From a virus (lineage: Duplodnaviria; Heunggongvirae; Uroviricota; Caudoviricetes), in IMG/VR virus record IMGVR_UViG_2703718822_000008, positions 1 to 42,750 of that record: a DNA stretch of 42,750 nt, one strand, 5' to 3'. A program made the position numbers and the translations under genes. This document shows positions 9,998 to 22,461 of the stretch, one piece after another; position 1 is the first letter of the stretch, and every line of letters starts with the position of its first letter. Below the pieces are notes generated by a model. It ran no database searches. It was not told the origin of the DNA and saw only the letters and a list, made by a program, of their open reading frames with translations.

Positions 9998-10698
9998 CAG
10001 TCAATCAGCCCATGTAATCTAAGTGCTGTTTCAAGCGCCAGAATACGCTGCCGCGCCTGCTGCAAACCTGTAGCGATAGCTGCGACTTCGGATTGTGTGT
10101 ACGTAGTGCCGACCGTGTATGACTGGTTAGCGTTGAATGAGCCAAGAAGTGGTGTGCCTGTGGCCGCTGTCCATCCGGTCTGCCTTGCTCCAACGACCTG
10201 AATTCCATCAACTGAATATGATGTTTTTACATCCAGCGGTGACGCAAGAGACTGCGATTCTGTTACGGTTTTCGATACGTAATCACTCTTAATGCCAGAG
10301 ACATCGTTTTCTACGTCATCCAGTCTTTGGTCAACAGTGACCAGATGCGCCTGAATATCGATAACCTCATCCAGCAAGTAATCAACATCGCTACGCAGTA
10401 CGACTATCTTCCCTTCGGCGGTTGTTAACCTGACCTCAAGGAGATTTATCGCTTTTGTGTTTGCGGTGATTCTTGCGTCGTGATCAGCCAGTTCGACATC
10501 CTGTTCATCGTTTTTCACCTGTGCATCGTAAGCGCCCTGACCAGCCTGATTTGCCTTCCCGGCAATTGCGCCGACATCAGCCCCCTGATTAATGACATAC
10601 AACAGGTAAGACTGGCTGAAGATATTGCGTGGAAGGATTGATGTATCGAGCCGCGTCGCCTGCACAATAACAGGAGTGTTGAGATTCGAATCCGCCAT
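9997..10698 (-). CDS. Tail needle protein, P22 gp26-like
   Basis: 233 aa; N-terminus [36 protein letters not shown]... and C-terminus ...[25 protein letters not shown] match recalled P22 gp26. Confidence 0.85.
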   Translation of the reverse strand: MADSNLNTPVIVQATRLDTSILPRNIFSQSYLLYVINQGADVGAIAGKANQAGQGAYDAQVKNDEQDVELADHDARITANTKAINLLEVRLTTAEGKIVVLRSDVDYLLDEVIDIQAHLVTVDQRLDDVENDVSGIKSDYVSKTVTESQSLASPLDVKTSYSVDGIQVVGARQTGWTAATGTPLLGSFNANQSYTVGTTYTQSEVAAIATGLQQARQRILALETALRLHGLID

Positions 10699-12116
10699 TA
10701 CTCAATCCTTATCTGAGCGCCAGAAAGAGTTACAGGTGACTTCGTGATAACGCGCAATTTGAAGCCAACATTTTTCCTGATTCGCCCGACACGCTTCCAC
10801 AAAACGCGTTTGTCGTAAACGAACGGTTCATTCTGCTCAATCATCTGCTCACGACCATAATTTATGCCGTCAGTGGTTGCAGAGAGGAACAGGCGGTCGG
10901 CGTACTGCGCAACTCCAGTTGACGATTCAACTTCAAGGTCGAAAACTCTGGCGTTATCCGCTTTGAACAACGGAGTAAACAGCAGGTGTTCCTGTTGCTT
11001 GTCGTACTGGCTGCTGATATCGAACTGCAATTTTCCTGTCATCGATTCAAGCTTATCGCCGCACGTTATCTGATTGCCTTCGTAAATGAAGTCGATAGCG
11101 CGGTACACATCGTCATACAGGCCTGTTTTCAGCACACACCATTGCGGACCATTGGCACTTGAAGATGCGTCGTACACCAGAACATGGCGCGGAAGGTGGA
11201 TAATCAGCAACTCATGCGCATCAAATCGCAGCGATTCCATCACGCCATCAGCCAGTTCATCAGCAGTGTAGGAGCGGAGGATTTTCTCAATGCTCGCGCT
11301 GGCAATTGGTGACACCTGACCGGAGCCGATGATATACACAGACGGCGCACCCGTTGCCGGATTGCTGATGAACGCATACGAATCAGCAAACGGCGTTTTG
11401 CAGTAAGTCCCGGCGATGCCTTTTTGCACCATCAGTGATGGCTGTGCGACATACAAAGCAGCACCAACGGTGGTTGCGCCAGTCAGGGAGAAATATTCAA
11501 TAGTCGATGAACCAAAGCAGACGATGAAGTCTCGCCATGTCCCGATACCGATGATGCCGTCCGGCTGAGACTCGGCACGATATTGTGCGCTGTAACGGTC
11601 AGGATGCGATTCGTCTTCAAGGTCAGTGATAAACCATGAATCAGTGCCGTCTTTTGACCACGCATAACGCCCACGTAATCGCGTAATGTCGCGGACTGAG
11701 CCTAACTCATACTGCGTGAATCCGCTGTCTGTAGGCCAGTTTGAGACGGTTTTAACCGTGCCATCATAGCGATACTCGACCAGTTTCCCGTTAACGCCTA
11801 CCGCCTGTGATGTCCGACCATGCGCCATTGATACACGACTACTTCCGGCGACGTCACCGACTTCACTTTCCCCTTTGTAGAGCTTGCCACCACACACGCG
11901 ATAAACAGCACTCTGCGCCATGTTGTACTCGACGCCTCGAGATATACCGTTCACATCAGAACGTTTGGCAATGCCCGGGAATGAGCGAAGATATCCGCTG
12001 CTGTTCAGGATTTCTTTAGGTGTAGCCAGCATATTCACTGGCAGATAGTCGATATAGTCAGCGTTTCGAAAGTCTTTGCCGACACCTTTCATAAGCGGAA
12101 GTTGCTGAATCGGCAT
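10698..12116 (-). CDS. Head-completion (tail hub) protein, P22 gp10-like
   Basis: 472 aa; [49 protein letters not shown]... nearly identical to recalled P22 gp10. Confidence 0.85.
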   Translation of the reverse strand: MPIQQLPLMKGVGKDFRNADYIDYLPVNMLATPKEILNSSGYLRSFPGIAKRSDVNGISRGVEYNMAQSAVYRVCGGKLYKGESEVGDVAGSSRVSMAHGRTSQAVGVNGKLVEYRYDGTVKTVSNWPTDSGFTQYELGSVRDITRLRGRYAWSKDGTDSWFITDLEDESHPDRYSAQYRAESQPDGIIGIGTWRDFIVCFGSSTIEYFSLTGATTVGAALYVAQPSLMVQKGIAGTYCKTPFADSYAFISNPATGAPSVYIIGSGQVSPIASASIEKILRSYTADELADGVMESLRFDAHELLIIHLPRHVLVYDASSSANGPQWCVLKTGLYDDVYRAIDFIYEGNQITCGDKLESMTGKLQFDISSQYDKQQEHLLFTPLFKADNARVFDLEVESSTGVAQYADRLFLSATTDGINYGREQMIEQNEPFVYDKRVLWKRVGRIRKNVGFKLRVITKSPVTLSGAQIRIE

Positions 12117-12594
12117 TTATTCGCTCCCGTTATCACAAGGTTCCTTTCGGTGGAAGTAATTCCAACCGTTCCACTTCGCCAACTGATTACCGCTACCAAC
12201 AGGCATACGGTTTGGATAACCGGACTTACATTTAGCGGCTTTTGCTCTGTCCATTGCAGACAGTTTGACGAGTCGCTCTTTCCCGTATCTGGCAGTGGTT
12301 ATAAGTTTTGCTGACGCTTCCAGCGCATAATCCGGAGCAATGCGGCAGGCAAGGTTGAAAATGACGGCATTGATAGCGTTATTTGATAAACCGTGCTCAT
12401 CGCCCGGATCCGGAGCGACATCTGCATCAGCAAAAATGTAGCCAACGTTGATACCAGGTGACGCATCACCGCCAAGCCATTCAGCCATCATCATTTCAAG
12501 GTCGTTGACGCCGTCTTCCATGGACTGAGGTTCGACATCGGTTAACGTGGCATTTGATGCCACACCGAGCTTACGTAATGCCGCAAGAACTAAA

Positions 12595-12617
<23 letters not shown>
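12117..12617 (-). CDS. Head-completion protein, P22 gp4-like
   Basis: From the ATG at 12617: [33 protein letters not shown]... matches the recalled P22 gp4 start MQIKTKGDLV; the track ORF extends to 12710 through the hexanucleotide repeat, probably spuriously. Confidence 0.75.
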
Positions 12618-12849
<232 letters not shown>

Positions 12850-12862
12850 GCTTGTCTCCAGA

Positions 12863-12884
12863 TAAAAAGGGAGCCGAAGCTCCC
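12863..12884 (-). terminator. Rho-independent terminator downstream of the coat gene
   Basis: Minus-strand gggagcttcggctccc hairpin followed by ttttt, immediately after the coat stop. Confidence 0.65.
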
Positions 12885-12892
12885 TCTGGTTA

Positions 12893-14188
12893 TCACGCAG
12901 TCTGGTTAGGCAGACCAACACCAATTGCCTCTGGTCGTACAGCACATGCTGAATACCACACAGCAATACGGCACTTACCAGACAGAGTGTTGATATCACC
13001 CTGCGTTGCGAAGATGCCGTTAACACCAATGCCAGGAATGCTGAAGGAAGACGTTTTCATACCAGCAAACAGTTCATGGGTTACCGGGATCGGCTGAGAC
13101 AGCAGGCGGATTGAGTCATCAGCCCAGAACACGTTAGCGGTGGTTGTTGCCACGTTCAGAACGTTTACCGGAGTGGTATCAGCAAGAGAGGTGTTTACGT
13201 TAGCGTAAGCCTTCTCTTCTTTTGTCAGTGACGCGTCATCCAGCGCAATCGGCTTCGGCGTGATTTCGATGTGAGTACCATCGATCACACGGGTGATTGA
13301 GAAAGTCGCATCATCAGTCAGCACGTTCTTCGCCATCTGAGACAGGAATTTCACACCAGTGAAGCTGATTTTGTCGCCGCGCTTAAATCCGGTGGTGGAG
13401 GATACGGTCACCGTTGCAACACGGTTATCGACGTTCTCTTTGTTACCATCGGTATCAAGGGTGTATGCCTGCGGCTTAAACTTCTGCGCACCAGAAACAG
13501 TTACACCAGTAGCGGTTGACTTGGTAACTGCCGGAAGTTTCGGTGAGCGAAGAATTTCATCAAAGCCAGCAATCTGACGCTGAATAGTACCGTTGCGATA
13601 CGTGTCTTCAGGAACGCGCCCGAAGATGTCACCATCTACCAGGTTGCGGCCTGCTTTGCGGTAATCGTCAGGGTTCAGGAAGTAACTGATTCCCATGTCG
13701 CGGTTGAGTTCTCGGGAGAACATCAGGCGCTCTGCATCAGACACAAAATCCCAGCCAGACAGGCCAGTAGATGGACCAATTGCGCGGGTATCGTGAACAA
13801 CAAGCGAGCCCATTTCAGTTGCCTGTTTGGCAATCGCTGACTCAATGTTATTCGCCAGTTTTTTGGCGGATGCCTGAATGCGGCGACGGTAAGAACGCTC
13901 ATCACGCAGGTCATCTGCACGAAGCTCGAAGAAATCGTTATCCGGATCGCCCATGTTGCATTTCACGGAGAGTTCCAGAATCCCGGTTGCGTTGCCAGTT
14001 AAATCCCAGCCAGTCTGGGTTGGCGCTTCCTGCTCAACAGGCATCCACACGGTGTTGCTTGAACGTTGCATGGATTCTGCCGGAGGGGTGTATTTTGTCA
14101 CTTTGGACGCCATTGGCGTCAGGTTCTGGACGGTTTCGATGATTTCATCCAGAGCATACGTGACCAGTTGACCTTCATTTAATGCCAT
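12893..14188 (-). CDS. Major coat protein, P22 gp5-like
   Basis: 431 aa (P22 coat is about 430 aa); syntenic after the scaffold gene. Confidence 0.8.
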   Translation of the reverse strand: MALNEGQLVTYALDEIIETVQNLTPMASKVTKYTPPAESMQRSSNTVWMPVEQEAPTQTGWDLTGNATGILELSVKCNMGDPDNDFFELRADDLRDERSYRRRIQASAKKLANNIESAIAKQATEMGSLVVHDTRAIGPSTGLSGWDFVSDAERLMFSRELNRDMGISYFLNPDDYRKAGRNLVDGDIFGRVPEDTYRNGTIQRQIAGFDEILRSPKLPAVTKSTATGVTVSGAQKFKPQAYTLDTDGNKENVDNRVATVTVSSTTGFKRGDKISFTGVKFLSQMAKNVLTDDATFSITRVIDGTHIEITPKPIALDDASLTKEEKAYANVNTSLADTTPVNVLNVATTTANVFWADDSIRLLSQPIPVTHELFAGMKTSSFSIPGIGVNGIFATQGDINTLSGKCRIAVWYSACAVRPEAIGVGLPNQTA

Positions 14189-15099
14189 TATCGAATTCCT
14201 TTATTCAGTTGCGCCTTGAGCTTGCGGTACGTCTCTACATCCCCTTTGTTTGCTGCCGCTTCCATCTGCTTTTCAATCGCAGAGATATTTGCAGCAACAG
14301 CGTGTCCCTGAATGGGTTCATCAGGTAACGGGGCTTCTGAAACAGGCTTGGCTCGAGGCTTGAGAGTTAAACGTTCTGACAGTCGAGTGAGTTCAATCAG
14401 CGCGGATTGCCCGTCCATCGCCAGCAACTGGCGCGTCTTCTCAGGATTAGCACCAAGGTGATACATGAGAGCAGCGGATTTCTCCGGGAAGAGGCGCATG
14501 ATGTCGGCACCGACTGCTGGCGGCACCAGTTGCATGAATGCATCCTCTTTCTCCTGATAGTCAGGGATATTGAGCTTTTCCGCTGCGTCGTAGTGCTTAC
14601 GGGCTGCCTCGACGTATTGCGCTGATTGCTGGGTGAACTCCTGAGTTTTGCGACCCTGCTCGGCGACAGCCTGGCTTCGTGCGTCCATAGCCTTGATCTG
14701 CCATTCACTGTTTGCCTGCTGGAAGGCAGCCAGTGCGCGGCTCTGGTCATAGTCGTACTTAGCCAACGCATCTTCGGAAAGATAATCGTTAGGGTCTGGT
14801 TGTTTTGGTAACTCAGGGTTCACCCGCAGGTGCTCCGGCAACTCCCCACGCTTAACCGCTTCCATCTGCTGCTCAAGCTCACGCTGGCGTTTGCGTTCGA
14901 TGCGGCGACGGGCAAATTCAGCATTAGTTGCCGGGTCTTGTTTTGGTTTCTCATCGTCTTTCAGGACAATCTCGAAGCCTTCTTCCTGACCTGCGTTGTC
15001 GTTGGCATTATCGACAACTAAGCCATCAGCAGATGCCGCTGCATGATTGCCGGGCAGGGTTAATTCTTCAGAAGCCTGAATGTCGGTGGTTTGGTCCAT
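14188..15099 (-). CDS. Scaffolding protein, P22 gp8-like
   Basis: 303 aa, charged/helical; similar to the recalled P22 scaffold (303 aa); synteny. Confidence 0.8.
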   Translation of the reverse strand: MDQTTDIQASEELTLPGNHAAASADGLVVDNANDNAGQEEGFEIVLKDDEKPKQDPATNAEFARRRIERKRQRELEQQMEAVKRGELPEHLRVNPELPKQPDPNDYLSEDALAKYDYDQSRALAAFQQANSEWQIKAMDARSQAVAEQGRKTQEFTQQSAQYVEAARKHYDAAEKLNIPDYQEKEDAFMQLVPPAVGADIMRLFPEKSAALMYHLGANPEKTRQLLAMDGQSALIELTRLSERLTLKPRAKPVSEAPLPDEPIQGHAVAANISAIEKQMEAAANKGDVETYRKLKAQLNKGIR

Positions 15100-15112
15100 G
15101 GTTAACTCTCTC

Positions 15113-17278
15113 TTATTGAGGTGTCTCGGCTACTCCGCCGGAGGGGATTTGAACTTGACGCATAAGATTCGCGAAATCCATGCGTTGTGAATGAGTCTGG
15201 TCTGCATCTTTAAGAAGCAGCTCAGCGTTAGCACGAGCATCTTTGCTGCGCTGTTGCTGGAATTGACCTACGAGCTTGAGGTACTCACGCAGTTCTGCCT
15301 GCTTGTCGAGGTCCATATTGTTGAAGATTTCCGCAATCTTCGCGGCGTTGAGTTGGTTTTGGGCTTCAACCTTGGCGGCTTCAACCTGAATCTGCGCCTG
15401 TTGGTTCTCTGCCTTGAGCAATTCAGCCTGACCTTGCAGAAGGATACCCTGCGCCTGAATTTGCTCTGCTGATGGCTGCTGCGGCTGCTGTTGAGCCTGC
15501 TGTACCATCTCCATCTCTTCAGGTGTTTCTGGTTTCTTCAGCCCCATCATCACCAGTTGCTTGTTCGCGTACTCTCGCATCATCTCGACGCCTTTACCGT
15601 CAAGCAGCGTGAAGTATTGCAGCATCAGCATCTGGAACTCTGGAGTACCTTGTGGAACCTTGGTGAGTAACTCCTGAATCTCTGCGCGGTTCTGTTCCTT
15701 CATACTCTGGAAGGATGGTCCAACGTCTGTATAGCACTCATAGCGACCGCGAATGTCGTTGAGTGTGACCACATTGCCGGACTGGTAATCTACAACTTGC
15801 GCGTAGAGTTGAACGTCTTTCTCGCTTCCATCTTCAAGTGTCAGCGTTACATGACGAGGAACGTCATAAATATCATTGACCATTGATGCATAAATCTCGC
15901 CATCGCGTCGCATTGCGGTAGCCAGGTTATCCTGAAACACGTATGTCTCAAGGTCTGCCCGCATGTTCAGTTGATTGACGGTATCGAAAGCGACCTGACC
16001 GTTTGCTGCCTGCGCATCCACGCCAAGACTAGCCACCTCTTTCACTGCGTTGGTGGCAGCCTCAAGCATGTAAGCGTTGGCTTGCGGCACTTCAGGGTTT
16101 TCCATGTAGGAGATTGGACCAATCGGCAGGTCGTTACCGTTTTCATCGGTCCTGTTCTGCAGATAGTACGGATAGTCATCATTTCCACCGTACATGTATT
16201 CGTAGCCTTCGATTTGCTCAGGGAAGAAGGTCGGTTTCTTCTTCGGTGAACGAGCAACAATATCGGCGTTGAATGACATGATCATGTTACGAAGGCGCTG
16301 ACCGTCTTTCGTCAGCCTTACCACTCCTTCGTAGCACTCCTTGTCACCAGCGAATGACCATTCGCCATACACTGGAACGATTGGAATATGCTCTCCGGCT
16401 ATCTTCTCGCGGTCTTTCAGTATCTGCGTGCAGGTGATGATCGACTTATACACACGCCGACGCTTGACCTTACGCTCTGCTACCTTAATGAATCCACGAT
16501 TAGCCAGGTCATCGATGACGTCTTTGATATCCTGCTGGTAATAGCTGACCGGCTCACCTGTCAGCGGGTCGCGGTAGATGAAGACCTTCTCTTTCTTCTC
16601 TTCGACCTCGTAATACTCAGCGACGTAGACGACATCATTCGATACCCACGGAAACAGCCATGTATCGTTTGGATTCTGGAAAGATGGCAAGGTGTCCGGA
16701 TCAATACCGTAATCCTCTGCGAACTCTTTCCAGCCATTGCGTGACAAAGCGTTAATCACCGTGCAGTGCTTAGCGTCGCTCTTATCCATCTGCTTGCTGT
16801 TGGCGTCCCATATGACGTGTGAGCAGGCTTCATGGATTGGAAGGCGTCGGATTACCTGATTGTTGCTTGTTGGGTCGTTGTCTTCGTACTGGGTGACCAG
16901 ACGCCATGCACCAACGCCGGACTCTATCTGCTCACGAACTCCAACGTTAACGGCAATCTTTGCCGTGTTATGGCGCATATCGGTACGATACATTCCCATC
17001 AGCACATCGGCAGCATCAGGATTAGCACCGTCTTTTGGTCGGAAGAGAACGTCAATAGGGTTCCGGCGCATCTCTGCGACCAACTTCCTGACAACCGGGC
17101 GAACAACATCGAATTGTCCGCGATATTGCAGGGTAGTGTAGTTTGATAGCCAGTCATCCCATTGCGACACTCGGCTAAAATACAGGTCATTTGTCGCCTC
17201 GGTTCTGGCTTCATCGCTCGCCATCCAGTCCGCGTCAAACTTACACAGAATGGAATTGAGTCTGTTTTCGTCGGCCAT
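15113..17278 (-). CDS. Portal protein, P22 gp1-like
   Basis: 721 aa; [18 protein letters not shown]...[30 protein letters not shown] closely matches the recalled P22 portal. Confidence 0.9.
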   Translation of the reverse strand: MADENRLNSILCKFDADWMASDEARTEATNDLYFSRVSQWDDWLSNYTTLQYRGQFDVVRPVVRKLVAEMRRNPIDVLFRPKDGANPDAADVLMGMYRTDMRHNTAKIAVNVGVREQIESGVGAWRLVTQYEDNDPTSNNQVIRRLPIHEACSHVIWDANSKQMDKSDAKHCTVINALSRNGWKEFAEDYGIDPDTLPSFQNPNDTWLFPWVSNDVVYVAEYYEVEEKKEKVFIYRDPLTGEPVSYYQQDIKDVIDDLANRGFIKVAERKVKRRRVYKSIITCTQILKDREKIAGEHIPIVPVYGEWSFAGDKECYEGVVRLTKDGQRLRNMIMSFNADIVARSPKKKPTFFPEQIEGYEYMYGGNDDYPYYLQNRTDENGNDLPIGPISYMENPEVPQANAYMLEAATNAVKEVASLGVDAQAANGQVAFDTVNQLNMRADLETYVFQDNLATAMRRDGEIYASMVNDIYDVPRHVTLTLEDGSEKDVQLYAQVVDYQSGNVVTLNDIRGRYECYTDVGPSFQSMKEQNRAEIQELLTKVPQGTPEFQMLMLQYFTLLDGKGVEMMREYANKQLVMMGLKKPETPEEMEMVQQAQQQPQQPSAEQIQAQGILLQGQAELLKAENQQAQIQVEAAKVEAQNQLNAAKIAEIFNNMDLDKQAELREYLKLVGQFQQQRSKDARANAELLLKDADQTHSQRMDFANLMRQVQIPSGGVAETPQ

Positions 17279-18778
17279 TTAAGTTCTCCGTGCGATGGGC
17301 CTGATTGGGGCTGGTATCTTTTTCTCTTTTGGTTTTTTGATGTCGCGCATCATTTTTGCGAAGCGGCGCATCATGTATGCATAGCGAACGGCTGAGAGAA
17401 CGTCGTCGTTAAGCTTGACGATTTTCCCGTTTTCATCACGGTGATAGAGGCGGAACTCCTCAAAGAATGGCTCACAGGTGTTGAATACTTTGAAGCGACC
17501 GTCGAGCATCATGTCTCGCAATTCAGTGATGCCAGGCTCAACAGCATTACCGCCATCAGGCCATGTCGCATGCTCCTGCAACATCATAAAACCAGCATCT
17601 GCATACTGCCCTTTGAGCTGCTCACCGCCGCCCTTCTCGTGCTGGTTTCCGTCATGAGGCCATGCAGTTGGCACTTTATGCGCCCATGATTTAACGGCTC
17701 CCCACGCCTGAACAGCTGTCTTTTCTTTCGCCTTCCACACGCGTGAAACGTAGATTGTGTCTGCGTCCTTATCCCACCAAAGCTGAACCTGTGCCTGTGG
17801 GTGATCCCATCCGAAATCCATCCCACCAATTACGTAGAAGTGATCAGGACACTCGAACGGCTGACACTTAATCGTCTCTTCCGGTATCTGGAAGATTCGC
17901 CCGCTACCCATCGTAGGAATACCGCGAGCACGCGCCTCTCTCTCATGCTCTGGATAGGATGCGATGATTTGCTCTTTCTGTTCGTCTGTGTAGTGCTCAG
18001 CGTCATAGATGGTCATGTTGACCACTTTCTGCGACTTGCTGGGATTCTTCAGGAACTTGGTAACAACGTCAGACATCCCCATCAGCGGGGTAAACGTCAG
18101 AATTGAGAATTGCCCGTATTTGTTGGTACGGGTAAGCCCTTCGCCATAAATGCTGTATGGTGGCTCTTCGTCAAACCACACGCCGTGGATTGTGTCACCC
18201 TGCCAGCGAGCGCGGCCTTGCGAGTATGGTTTGAAGTAGCAGATTGAAATGCCATCTTCAACGCCATCAGCCGTGTGATGCTTAACCAGAAGGTGATCAA
18301 CAAGGTTCGGAAAGAAAGGAGACTTCTTCCAGCTAATGATGTCTTCTTTCGGTATGGAACCGTAGCCAGGTTCACCATTCTCTTCGATACGACCGCACAG
18401 GATGCGTTGAGTCGTTTTGGTTACAGTCTCGTTTGTCTCGCCACCAATCCAGAAGACAACAGGCTCATAGAAACGCTTACCTTTCCACTCACCGCCATAT
18501 TTACCATCAGCAGGATAGCCTTTTGTGCCCGGATAACGCCCGGTAAGGTGAAACGCGACTTCAGCAGCACCAGTAAATGACTTACCAAGCTGGTTACCAG
18601 CCATAAAACAGCGCTCTGGATAGTCATGCCCGGCGTCGATGAACTCACGCTGTTTGCTGTATGGCGTAAATTCATATAGCAGGTGTGTGTTCCGGTAGTT
18701 CTCTTCTTCTTCGAGTAGCTCGAGCAACTCGATTTGCTCTTCGTCGCTCAGGTTATCAAGAATCGCGTCCAGTTCCAC
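17279..18778 (-). CDS. Terminase large subunit, P22 gp2-like
   Basis: 499 aa (same length as P22 gp2); overlaps the small terminase 3' end as in P22. Confidence 0.85.
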   Translation of the reverse strand: MELDAILDNLSDEEQIELLELLEEEENYRNTHLLYEFTPYSKQREFIDAGHDYPERCFMAGNQLGKSFTGAAEVAFHLTGRYPGTKGYPADGKYGGEWKGKRFYEPVVFWIGGETNETVTKTTQRILCGRIEENGEPGYGSIPKEDIISWKKSPFFPNLVDHLLVKHHTADGVEDGISICYFKPYSQGRARWQGDTIHGVWFDEEPPYSIYGEGLTRTNKYGQFSILTFTPLMGMSDVVTKFLKNPSKSQKVVNMTIYDAEHYTDEQKEQIIASYPEHEREARARGIPTMGSGRIFQIPEETIKCQPFECPDHFYVIGGMDFGWDHPQAQVQLWWDKDADTIYVSRVWKAKEKTAVQAWGAVKSWAHKVPTAWPHDGNQHEKGGGEQLKGQYADAGFMMLQEHATWPDGGNAVEPGITELRDMMLDGRFKVFNTCEPFFEEFRLYHRDENGKIVKLNDDVLSAVRYAYMMRRFAKMMRDIKKPKEKKIPAPIRPIARRT

Positions 18779-19250
18779 GGTTGAATAGCTCCTTGATACG
18801 AGAGCGCCGCTTATCGCGATCTCCCTTATCAGGTGTCACGTCTTCAACTTGCGACTGCTCTTTGAGGCCCAAATCACGGGCGATGATGTTAGCGTTGAGA
18901 AGGTCAGCGGCTGCGCCAGAGAATTTCTGGTCGTAGATGACCTGCTCTGCTCGCGTAACGACTTCAGATAAATCTTCTCGCAGGCGATATGTGCGCCATG
19001 TTTCAAGCGTCACATCAATGAACAGAGTGAGGCCGGTAATGGTCATCGCTCGCATCTTGGCGATAGGCTCTTGTATCACTTCACCCTGATACGAGAACGC
19101 CTTCATCTCCCATAGCGGGTTAGCTTCCACCCACTCGAAGTATTCACAACAAGCAGCCCACAGCGCCTCAGGCGATTCGAATTTAGGATTTCGCCCATGA
19201 CTACTGCGGGCCTCCCAAAATCGGTTGCCCTTTGGTGCTGCCATATTCAT
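18756..19250 (-). CDS. Terminase small subunit, P22 gp3-like
   Basis: [49 protein letters not shown]... essentially identical to recalled P22 gp3; the start may be the ATG at 19244 (MAAPKG) rather than 19250. Confidence 0.85.
   Translation of the reverse strand: MNMAAPKGNRFWEARSSHGRNPKFESPEALWAACCEYFEWVEANPLWEMKAFSYQGEVIQEPIAKMRAMTITGLTLFIDVTLETWRTYRLREDLSEVVTRAEQVIYDQKFSGAAADLLNANIIARDLGLKEQSQVEDVTPDKGDRDKRRSRIKELFNRGTGRDS
18952..18977 (-). other. pac-like packaging site within the small terminase gene
   Basis: Minus strand reads gaagatttatctgaagtcgttacgcg, matching my recollection of the P22 pac sequence inside gene 3. Confidence 0.45.
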
Positions 19251-19267
19251 CTCACTTAGTTGTTATT

Positions 19268-19447
19268 TCAGGCTGAGGACTCTTTCGCGCCTTCAATCAG
19301 TGACTGCTTCAGCAATTCGAGTGTGCCAATCGCCTCGCATAAACTGATTTCACCATCGTAATCATGGATGACGCTTTCCAGCCTCTCGTATAGCTCTTGA
19401 GTAATTGGGAATTTCTTCTCCTTACCCAAATTGATTACGCGGCTCAC
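19268..19447 (-). CDS. Small hypothetical protein (59 aa), below the ORF-track threshold
   Basis: GTG start at 19447 preceded by GGAG at 8 nt; VSRVINLGKEKKFPITQELYERLESVIHDYDGEISLCEAIGTLELLKQSLIEGAKESSA; fills the gap between orf80 and the small terminase. Confidence 0.4.
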   Translation of the reverse strand: MSRVINLGKEKKFPITQELYERLESVIHDYDGEISLCEAIGTLELLKQSLIEGAKESSA

Positions 19448-19448
19448 A

Positions 19449-19691
19449 TCATGCTCCGGTAGTGAACAGGTCTAACGCTTCCTTCGATTTACGCACCGCT
19501 TCAAATGTGCGGATCGTGATATCTGAATTAGCGCCGCCTGACTGGAAGTGAATTTTGAATAGCTCAAGCTTCAGCTCGTCAGTACCAATGAACTGAAATG
19601 CTTCTTCTGCGGCTGCGTTCTGGTTCATGACCAGTCTGTAAATCTCTAACTGGAATTTCTGTTCTTCAGTCATGGGAATAATCTCTGCCAT
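19449..19691 (-). CDS. Hypothetical protein (P22 orf80 position)
   Basis: 80-aa ORF immediately upstream of the terminase genes, as recalled for P22 orf80. Confidence 0.5.
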   Translation of the reverse strand: MAEIIPMTEEQKFQLEIYRLVMNQNAAAEEAFQFIGTDELKLELFKIHFQSGGANSDITIRTFEAVRKSKEALDLFTTGA

Positions 19692-19794
19692 TGTTGGCTC
19701 CGTTTATCCGTTAAAAGGGATATCAGTTAAGTTATCCCGTGTAGGGTATAAGCCATTGTCAAAGCCACTCTGTAGGGAATGGCTTTTGTAATAA

Positions 19795-20166
19795 CTACTG
19801 TTCGCTTAGCTTCTGCTTCAGCAAGTAACCTTCGAGCATCCAGATTTTGTTTACAGCATTCTGCCGGGCAATCTTCCGACCAATTTCTGCATCAAAATTT
19901 TCCGGACTTGCACAGGAACTCTCTCCGGTGACGGTGAAGCCGTTGCGCAGCACCAGGACGCAGAACGTCAGCAGAGAAAGTGATTCGTGCGGCTGGTAGT
20001 TTACCTCTCCGCCAGTATGTTTCGCTTTTATGGCTTTGCCAAAGGCACCATCTTCTGCTGTGAAATATGCCTCCTGAGCAATAATGCCTTCGATATGGTC
20101 TGGCGTAACGCGCGGTGCCGTTTTGCCTTTCTCAACGATTTCTTTTTCGATTTGCTGGTCGTTCAT
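19795..20166 (-). CDS. Hypothetical phage protein
   Basis: 123-aa ORF in an operon-like arrangement between Rha and orf80. Confidence 0.45.
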   Translation of the reverse strand: MNDQQIEKEIVEKGKTAPRVTPDHIEGIIAQEAYFTAEDGAFGKAIKAKHTGGEVNYQPHESLSLLTFCVLVLRNGFTVTGESSCASPENFDAEIGRKIARQNAVNKIWMLEGYLLKQKLSEQ

Positions 20167-20324
20167 AATTATGACCCTGTGGAGTGGTTGCTTGATTAGG
20201 ATGTCTTTCCATCAGTCCGCCACCACAAAGAATCTTTTTTGCCATAAGGCTGGAGGTTCATCTTTCAGTGGCTGCCAGTGTTATTTCCCCACTTTCTGGC
20301 TTGGGTTGTTTCGCTGTACTGCCG

Positions 20325-20867
20325 TTAATTGGTGAGTCCGGGGATTACGGTTTGCCCGTGCTGTTCAAGGCGTTCAATTCTCGCCAGTAGCTGAGGCTTC
20401 TTAATTTTTCCCCAGCGATTAAGCAGGCGGCCTGACATGCTGGCAACATCCTTCTCTTTCATGTACTCCAGCATTACGGCATTTCTCTCTTCTTCAAATT
20501 GACGATGACCAACCTGAAGCATGGCGTACATCCAGTTGAATGCGTTGATGTAAGCAATTTTGATACGCATTGCTTCTTTTTTGGTGTAGGACATAACCAA
20601 AAGCATCAACCCATCCTTGCGGAGACGGTAGAATTTTTGCGGCTTACCATTCTGTAACTCATTGTTTTTATAGCAAAGCTCAAAGTTGAGCTTTGTATCA
20701 AACTCAGGAGGGCAAGCTTCTATGGTTCGTTCAATGTCACGAACCACGTTCTTCGGCAGCTTTCCAAATGCTTTTGCCACCATAAAAGAATCTGTAACCG
20801 GATCGTTGTTTGCTACAAAAATTAGGTCTCTGAAATCTATATCGTTAACAACGGTTGGGTAGTTCAT
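20325..20867 (-). CDS. Phage regulatory protein Rha family
   Basis: 180 aa; position (between lysis genes and terminase) and sequence resemble P22 orf201/Rha. Confidence 0.6.
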   Translation of the reverse strand: MNYPTVVNDIDFRDLIFVANNDPVTDSFMVAKAFGKLPKNVVRDIERTIEACPPEFDTKLNFELCYKNNELQNGKPQKFYRLRKDGLMLLVMSYTKKEAMRIKIAYINAFNWMYAMLQVGHRQFEEERNAVMLEYMKEKDVASMSGRLLNRWGKIKKPQLLARIERLEQHGQTVIPGLTN

Positions 20868-21213
20868 TGCGTCTTTACCTTTTAGAAAGATGAGCCTGTT
20901 CGCACAGAAAAGCCGTCCCCGAGATGGTCGCCACCATATACGGCAGTTCTCAGGCTCAGCTTTCTGAAAGACTCGGGATTGTTACGCGCTGCGATGCGCG
21001 GTTTACTGCAGATGTAAAAAAGCCCCGCAAATGCGAGGCTAAATCCTGGTATTTATAATGACTGGCTCTTATCTCAACGCAGCCCCTTACCGCGCGCCAG
21101 ATGCTCAATATCAAGCATCAGCAATGAGATATTTAATCCGGATTCACTCCAGAAGTGTTCACCACCCTGCCTACAGAGCCAGATGTGAAGGATGATGAGT
21201 AAAATTATCGCTA

Positions 21214-21681
21214 TCATCGAAGGCATTGCGTCCTGATGTATTCCTGAAGCGTTCTTAGTGCTGTTTGGTCGCGGATAATTCCGTCCCGGATACCGAGAAC
21301 GTTTCGTCCAGCAACTGAAGCGAGTTCGACGGTGGCATCATTGCCCATGCCGGAGGCGCTGGAGGTTTCGGCTGAGGATGGCACAGGGCATTTTCCTTTG
21401 ACGAGCACCCTGCCACCATTATCAAGCTTGTGCCGAAGAGCATCATTTTCAGCTTTCGCATCAGCTAACTCCTTCGTGTATTTTGCATCGAGCGCAGCAA
21501 CATCACGCTGACGCATCTGCATGTCAGTAATTGCCGCGTTCGCCAGCTTCAGTTCTCTGACATTTTTGTCGCGCTGGGCTTTGTAGGTAATGGCGTTATC
21601 ACGGTAATGATTAACAGCCCATGACAGGCAGACGATGATGCAGATAACCAGAGCGGAGATAATCGCGGTTACTCTGCTCAT
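21214..21681 (-). CDS. Rz: Spanin inner-membrane subunit Rz (i-spanin); N-terminal half lambda-identical, C-terminal half divergent
   Basis: [40 protein letters not shown]... matches recalled lambda Rz for about 83 aa, then diverges. Confidence 0.85.
   Translation of the reverse strand: MSRVTAIISALVICIIVCLSWAVNHYRDNAITYKAQRDKNVRELKLANAAITDMQMRQRDVAALDAKYTKELADAKAENDALRHKLDNGGRVLVKGKCPVPSSAETSSASGMGNDATVELASVAGRNVLGIRDGIIRDQTALRTLQEYIRTQCLR
21255..21461 (-). CDS. Rz1: Spanin outer-membrane lipoprotein Rz1 (o-spanin), embedded in the +1 frame of Rz
   Basis: [21 protein letters not shown] has a lipobox (VAGC) followed by a proline-rich segment; fully nested in Rz. Confidence 0.75.
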   Translation of the reverse strand: MRKLKMMLFGTSLIMVAGCSSKENALCHPQPKPPAPPAWAMMPPSNSLQLLDETFSVSGTELSATKQH

Positions 21682-22154
21682 ACCTCAATCTCTCTGACCG
21701 TTCCGCCAGCCTCTTTGAATTTTGCAATCAGGCTGTCAGCCTTATGCTCGAACTGACCATAACCAGCCCCCGGCAGTGAAGCCCAGATATTGCTGCAACG
21801 GTCGATAGCCTGACGGATATCACCGCGATCAATCATCGGCAAAGCGCCACGCTCCTTAATCTGCTGCAGCGCAACAGCGTCCTGGCTTTTGGGAGAGAAA
21901 TCTTTCAGGCCAAGTTGCTTACGATAGGCATCCCACCAACGGGAAAGAAGCTGATAGCGCCCGGCTGCTGTTGATTTGAGTTTTGGGTTTAGCGTGACAA
22001 GTTTGCGAGGGTGATCGGAGTAATCAGTGAATAGCTCTCCGCCTACAATGACGTCATAACCATGATTTCTGGTTTTCTGACGTCCGTTATCAGTTCCCTC
22101 TGACCACGCCAGCATATCGAGGAACGCCTTACGTTGATTATTGATTTCCACCAT
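21678..22154 (-). CDS. R: Endolysin R (lambda-type lytic transglycosylase)
   Basis: 158 aa; [49 protein letters not shown]... matches recalled lambda R. Confidence 0.9.
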   Translation of the reverse strand: MVEINNQRKAFLDMLAWSEGTDNGRQKTRNHGYDVIVGGELFTDYSDHPRKLVTLNPKLKSTAAGRYQLLSRWWDAYRKQLGLKDFSPKSQDAVALQQIKERGALPMIDRGDIRQAIDRCSNIWASLPGAGYGQFEHKADSLIAKFKEAGGTVREIEV

Positions 22155-22461
22155 CTTCTACTCCGGCTTTTTTAGCAGCGAAGCGTTTGATAAGCGAACC
22201 AATCGAGTCAGTACCGATGTAGCCGATGAACACGCTTGTTATATAAGCTAGATTGCTACTTAGTCCGGCGAAGTCGAGAAGGTCACGAATGAACCAGGCG
22301 ATAATGGCGCACATCGTTGCGTCGATTACTGTTTTTGTAAACGCACCGCCATTATACCTGCCGCGAAGGTACGCCATTGCAAACGCAAGGATTGCCCCGA
22401 TGCCTTGTTCCTTTGCCGCGAGAATGGCGGCTAACAGGTCATGTTTTTCTGGCATCTTCAT
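22138..22461 (-). CDS. S: Holin/antiholin S (lambda S107/S105 dual-start)
   Basis: 107 aa [43 protein letters not shown]... matches recalled lambda S, including the Met1-Lys2-Met3 dual start. Confidence 0.9.
   Translation of the reverse strand: MKMPEKHDLLAAILAAKEQGIGAILAFAMAYLRGRYNGGAFTKTVIDATMCAIIAWFIRDLLDFAGLSSNLAYITSVFIGYIGTDSIGSLIKRFAAKKAGVEDGGNQ

Noticed and set aside
9677-10211. Antisense or nested ORFs within virion genes (for example 9677-10201 plus strand, 10005-10211 minus strand); similar ones occur throughout the structural module
   Set aside because: They are embedded in well-supported P22-homologous genes with no independent start signals; treated as frame noise.
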